DNA of 64,000 nucleotides from an uncultured bacterium (GTDB lineage Bacteria; Chlamydiota; Chlamydiia; Chlamydiales; JAAKFR01): NCBI GenBank assembly GCA_964350245.1, contig CAYGJC010000009.1, positions 1,951 to 65,950 of the forward strand, read 5' to 3'. Shown piece by piece: positions 63,256 to 64,000 of this stretch (position 1 is its first letter; each line of letters starts with the position of its first letter). The notes under the pieces were generated by a model. It saw only the letters and a program-made list of their open reading frames with translations, ran no database searches and was not told where the DNA came from. The position numbers and the translations under genes were made by a program.

Positions 63256-64000
63256 TTATAGCATCTTTCCTATAAATGTGTTATGTGTAAAACTCTGCAA
63301 AGAAACTTTTTGGAGCGTGCCGATCAGTGCGTCTTCACCTTCAAATATCACATTACGCCAGCAGCGTGTGAGTCCTTTCAAGTGCTTTTGATCTCGATTG
63401 CGCCGCTCCACGAGCACTTCGACCTCTTTGCCTAGCATTTCGCTCATCAGCTCGGCAGCGATTTGGTTGTGCAGATTGAGTAGCCGCTGATGCCGCTCGG
63501 CTTTGACCTCTTCGGGGACATCATCAGCCCAGCGTTTAGCAGGCGTTCCCTTACGCGGGCTATAGGTGTAAAGAAATGCATTACTATAACGCACCTGCCG
63601 CATCGCTTCCATTGTCTCTTCAAATTCCTCTTCAGTCTCTGTGGGAAAGCCGACGATCATGTCAGTTCCCAGAGCGACATCGGGCACCAGGTCGCGCAGC
63701 AGAGCCACCTTTTCCATGTACTCCTCTTTGGTATAGATGCGGTGCATCTTACGCAAAACACGGCTAGAGCCAGCTTGGAGAGGAAAGTGAACATGTTCAC
63801 AGAGACTAGGAAGGTCACGAACCGCTTCCATCAGCTCACGGGTAATATCGACCGGATGGCTGGTTAGAAAACGAACCCGTTTGAGACCCTCAATTTTGTC
63901 GAGTTTGTAGAGAAGGTCGTGAAAAAGTGTGTTCCACTCAGCCTGATCTTTGCCGTAGCTGTTGACATTTTGGCCGAGCAGCGTGATCTCTTGCGTTCCT
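63256..64000 (-). CDS. miaB: tRNA-2-methylthio-N6-dimethylallyladenosine synthase; 5' part lies beyond the window edge
   Basis: The frame stays open upstream of the listed Met (…DKIEGLKRVRFLTSHPVDITRELMEAV…). Radical-SAM/TRAM C-terminal half (HFPLQAGSSRVLRKM..., TRAM domain at the end). Confidence 0.9.
   Translation of the reverse strand, partial: GTQEITLLGQNVNSYGKDQAEWNTLFHDLLYKLDKIEGLKRVRFLTSHPVDITRELMEAVRDLPSLCEHVHFPLQAGSSRVLRKMHRIYTKEEYMEKVALLRDLVPDVALGTDMIVGFPTETEEEFEETMEAMRQVRYSNAFLYTYSPRKGTPAKRWADDVPEEVKAERHQRLLNLHNQIAAELMSEMLGKEVEVLVERRNRDQKHLKGLTRCWRNVIFEGEDALIGTLQKVSLQSFTHNTFIGKML

Overview
The window reads as a chromosomal segment of a Chlamydiae-type bacterium, probably an environmental lineage of Chlamydiales. 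This is inferred from gene content and order, not from a database search. Supporting content: a long (about 800 aa) YidC, the Kdo transferase WaaA, a PPi-dependent phosphofructokinase, futalosine-pathway menaquinone genes beside ubiE, RsbV, a Pkn1-like kinase with a formylglycine-generating enzyme (FGE) domain immediately upstream of ligA, and several small proteins with bilobed hydrophobic domains like those of chlamydial inclusion-membrane (Inc) proteins. Coding density is very high and most genes sit in tightly coupled operons with 1-20 nt start/stop overlaps:
- xseA-xseB-dxs-nadK (-)
- tpiA-secG-def (+)
- surA-like-rsmA (+)
- lptD-HEAT-maf (-)
- DUF3604-like-small Cys protein-mqnC/E-mqnA-ubiE (-)
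- ybeY-CBS/CorC-rny (-)
- leuS-waaA (+)
- PIN/TRAM-acpS-trxB-OMP (-)
- lgt-fcl (+)
- yidC-dnaA-two paralogues (-)
- TPR-pkn1-ligA (+)
Two tRNA genes with CAT anticodons lie at 41.3-41.5 kb. No rRNA, CRISPR array or intact mobile element was seen. The parts most worth follow-up:
1. A membrane-anchored papain-fold, Josephin-like cysteine protease / deubiquitinase (DUB) candidate (62175-63248).
2. A tandem pair of divergent paralogues of unknown function directly downstream of dnaA (50664-53391).
3. An 856-bp scar of an integrated element bounded by a tRNA 3' half repeat and carrying an orphan AbiEi antitoxin gene (41440-42379).
4. A cluster of three Inc-like genes (35091-37485) and a divergent pair (22444-23833).
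5. A GAF/HD-GYP protein translationally coupled to a FixI/CcoI-type Cu-ATPase.
6. Two sub-60-aa basic ORFs absent from the ORF track.
7. A Pkn1-like kinase whose catalytic-loop Asp is Ala.
All functional calls rest on motif recognition by eye. No searches or statistics were run.
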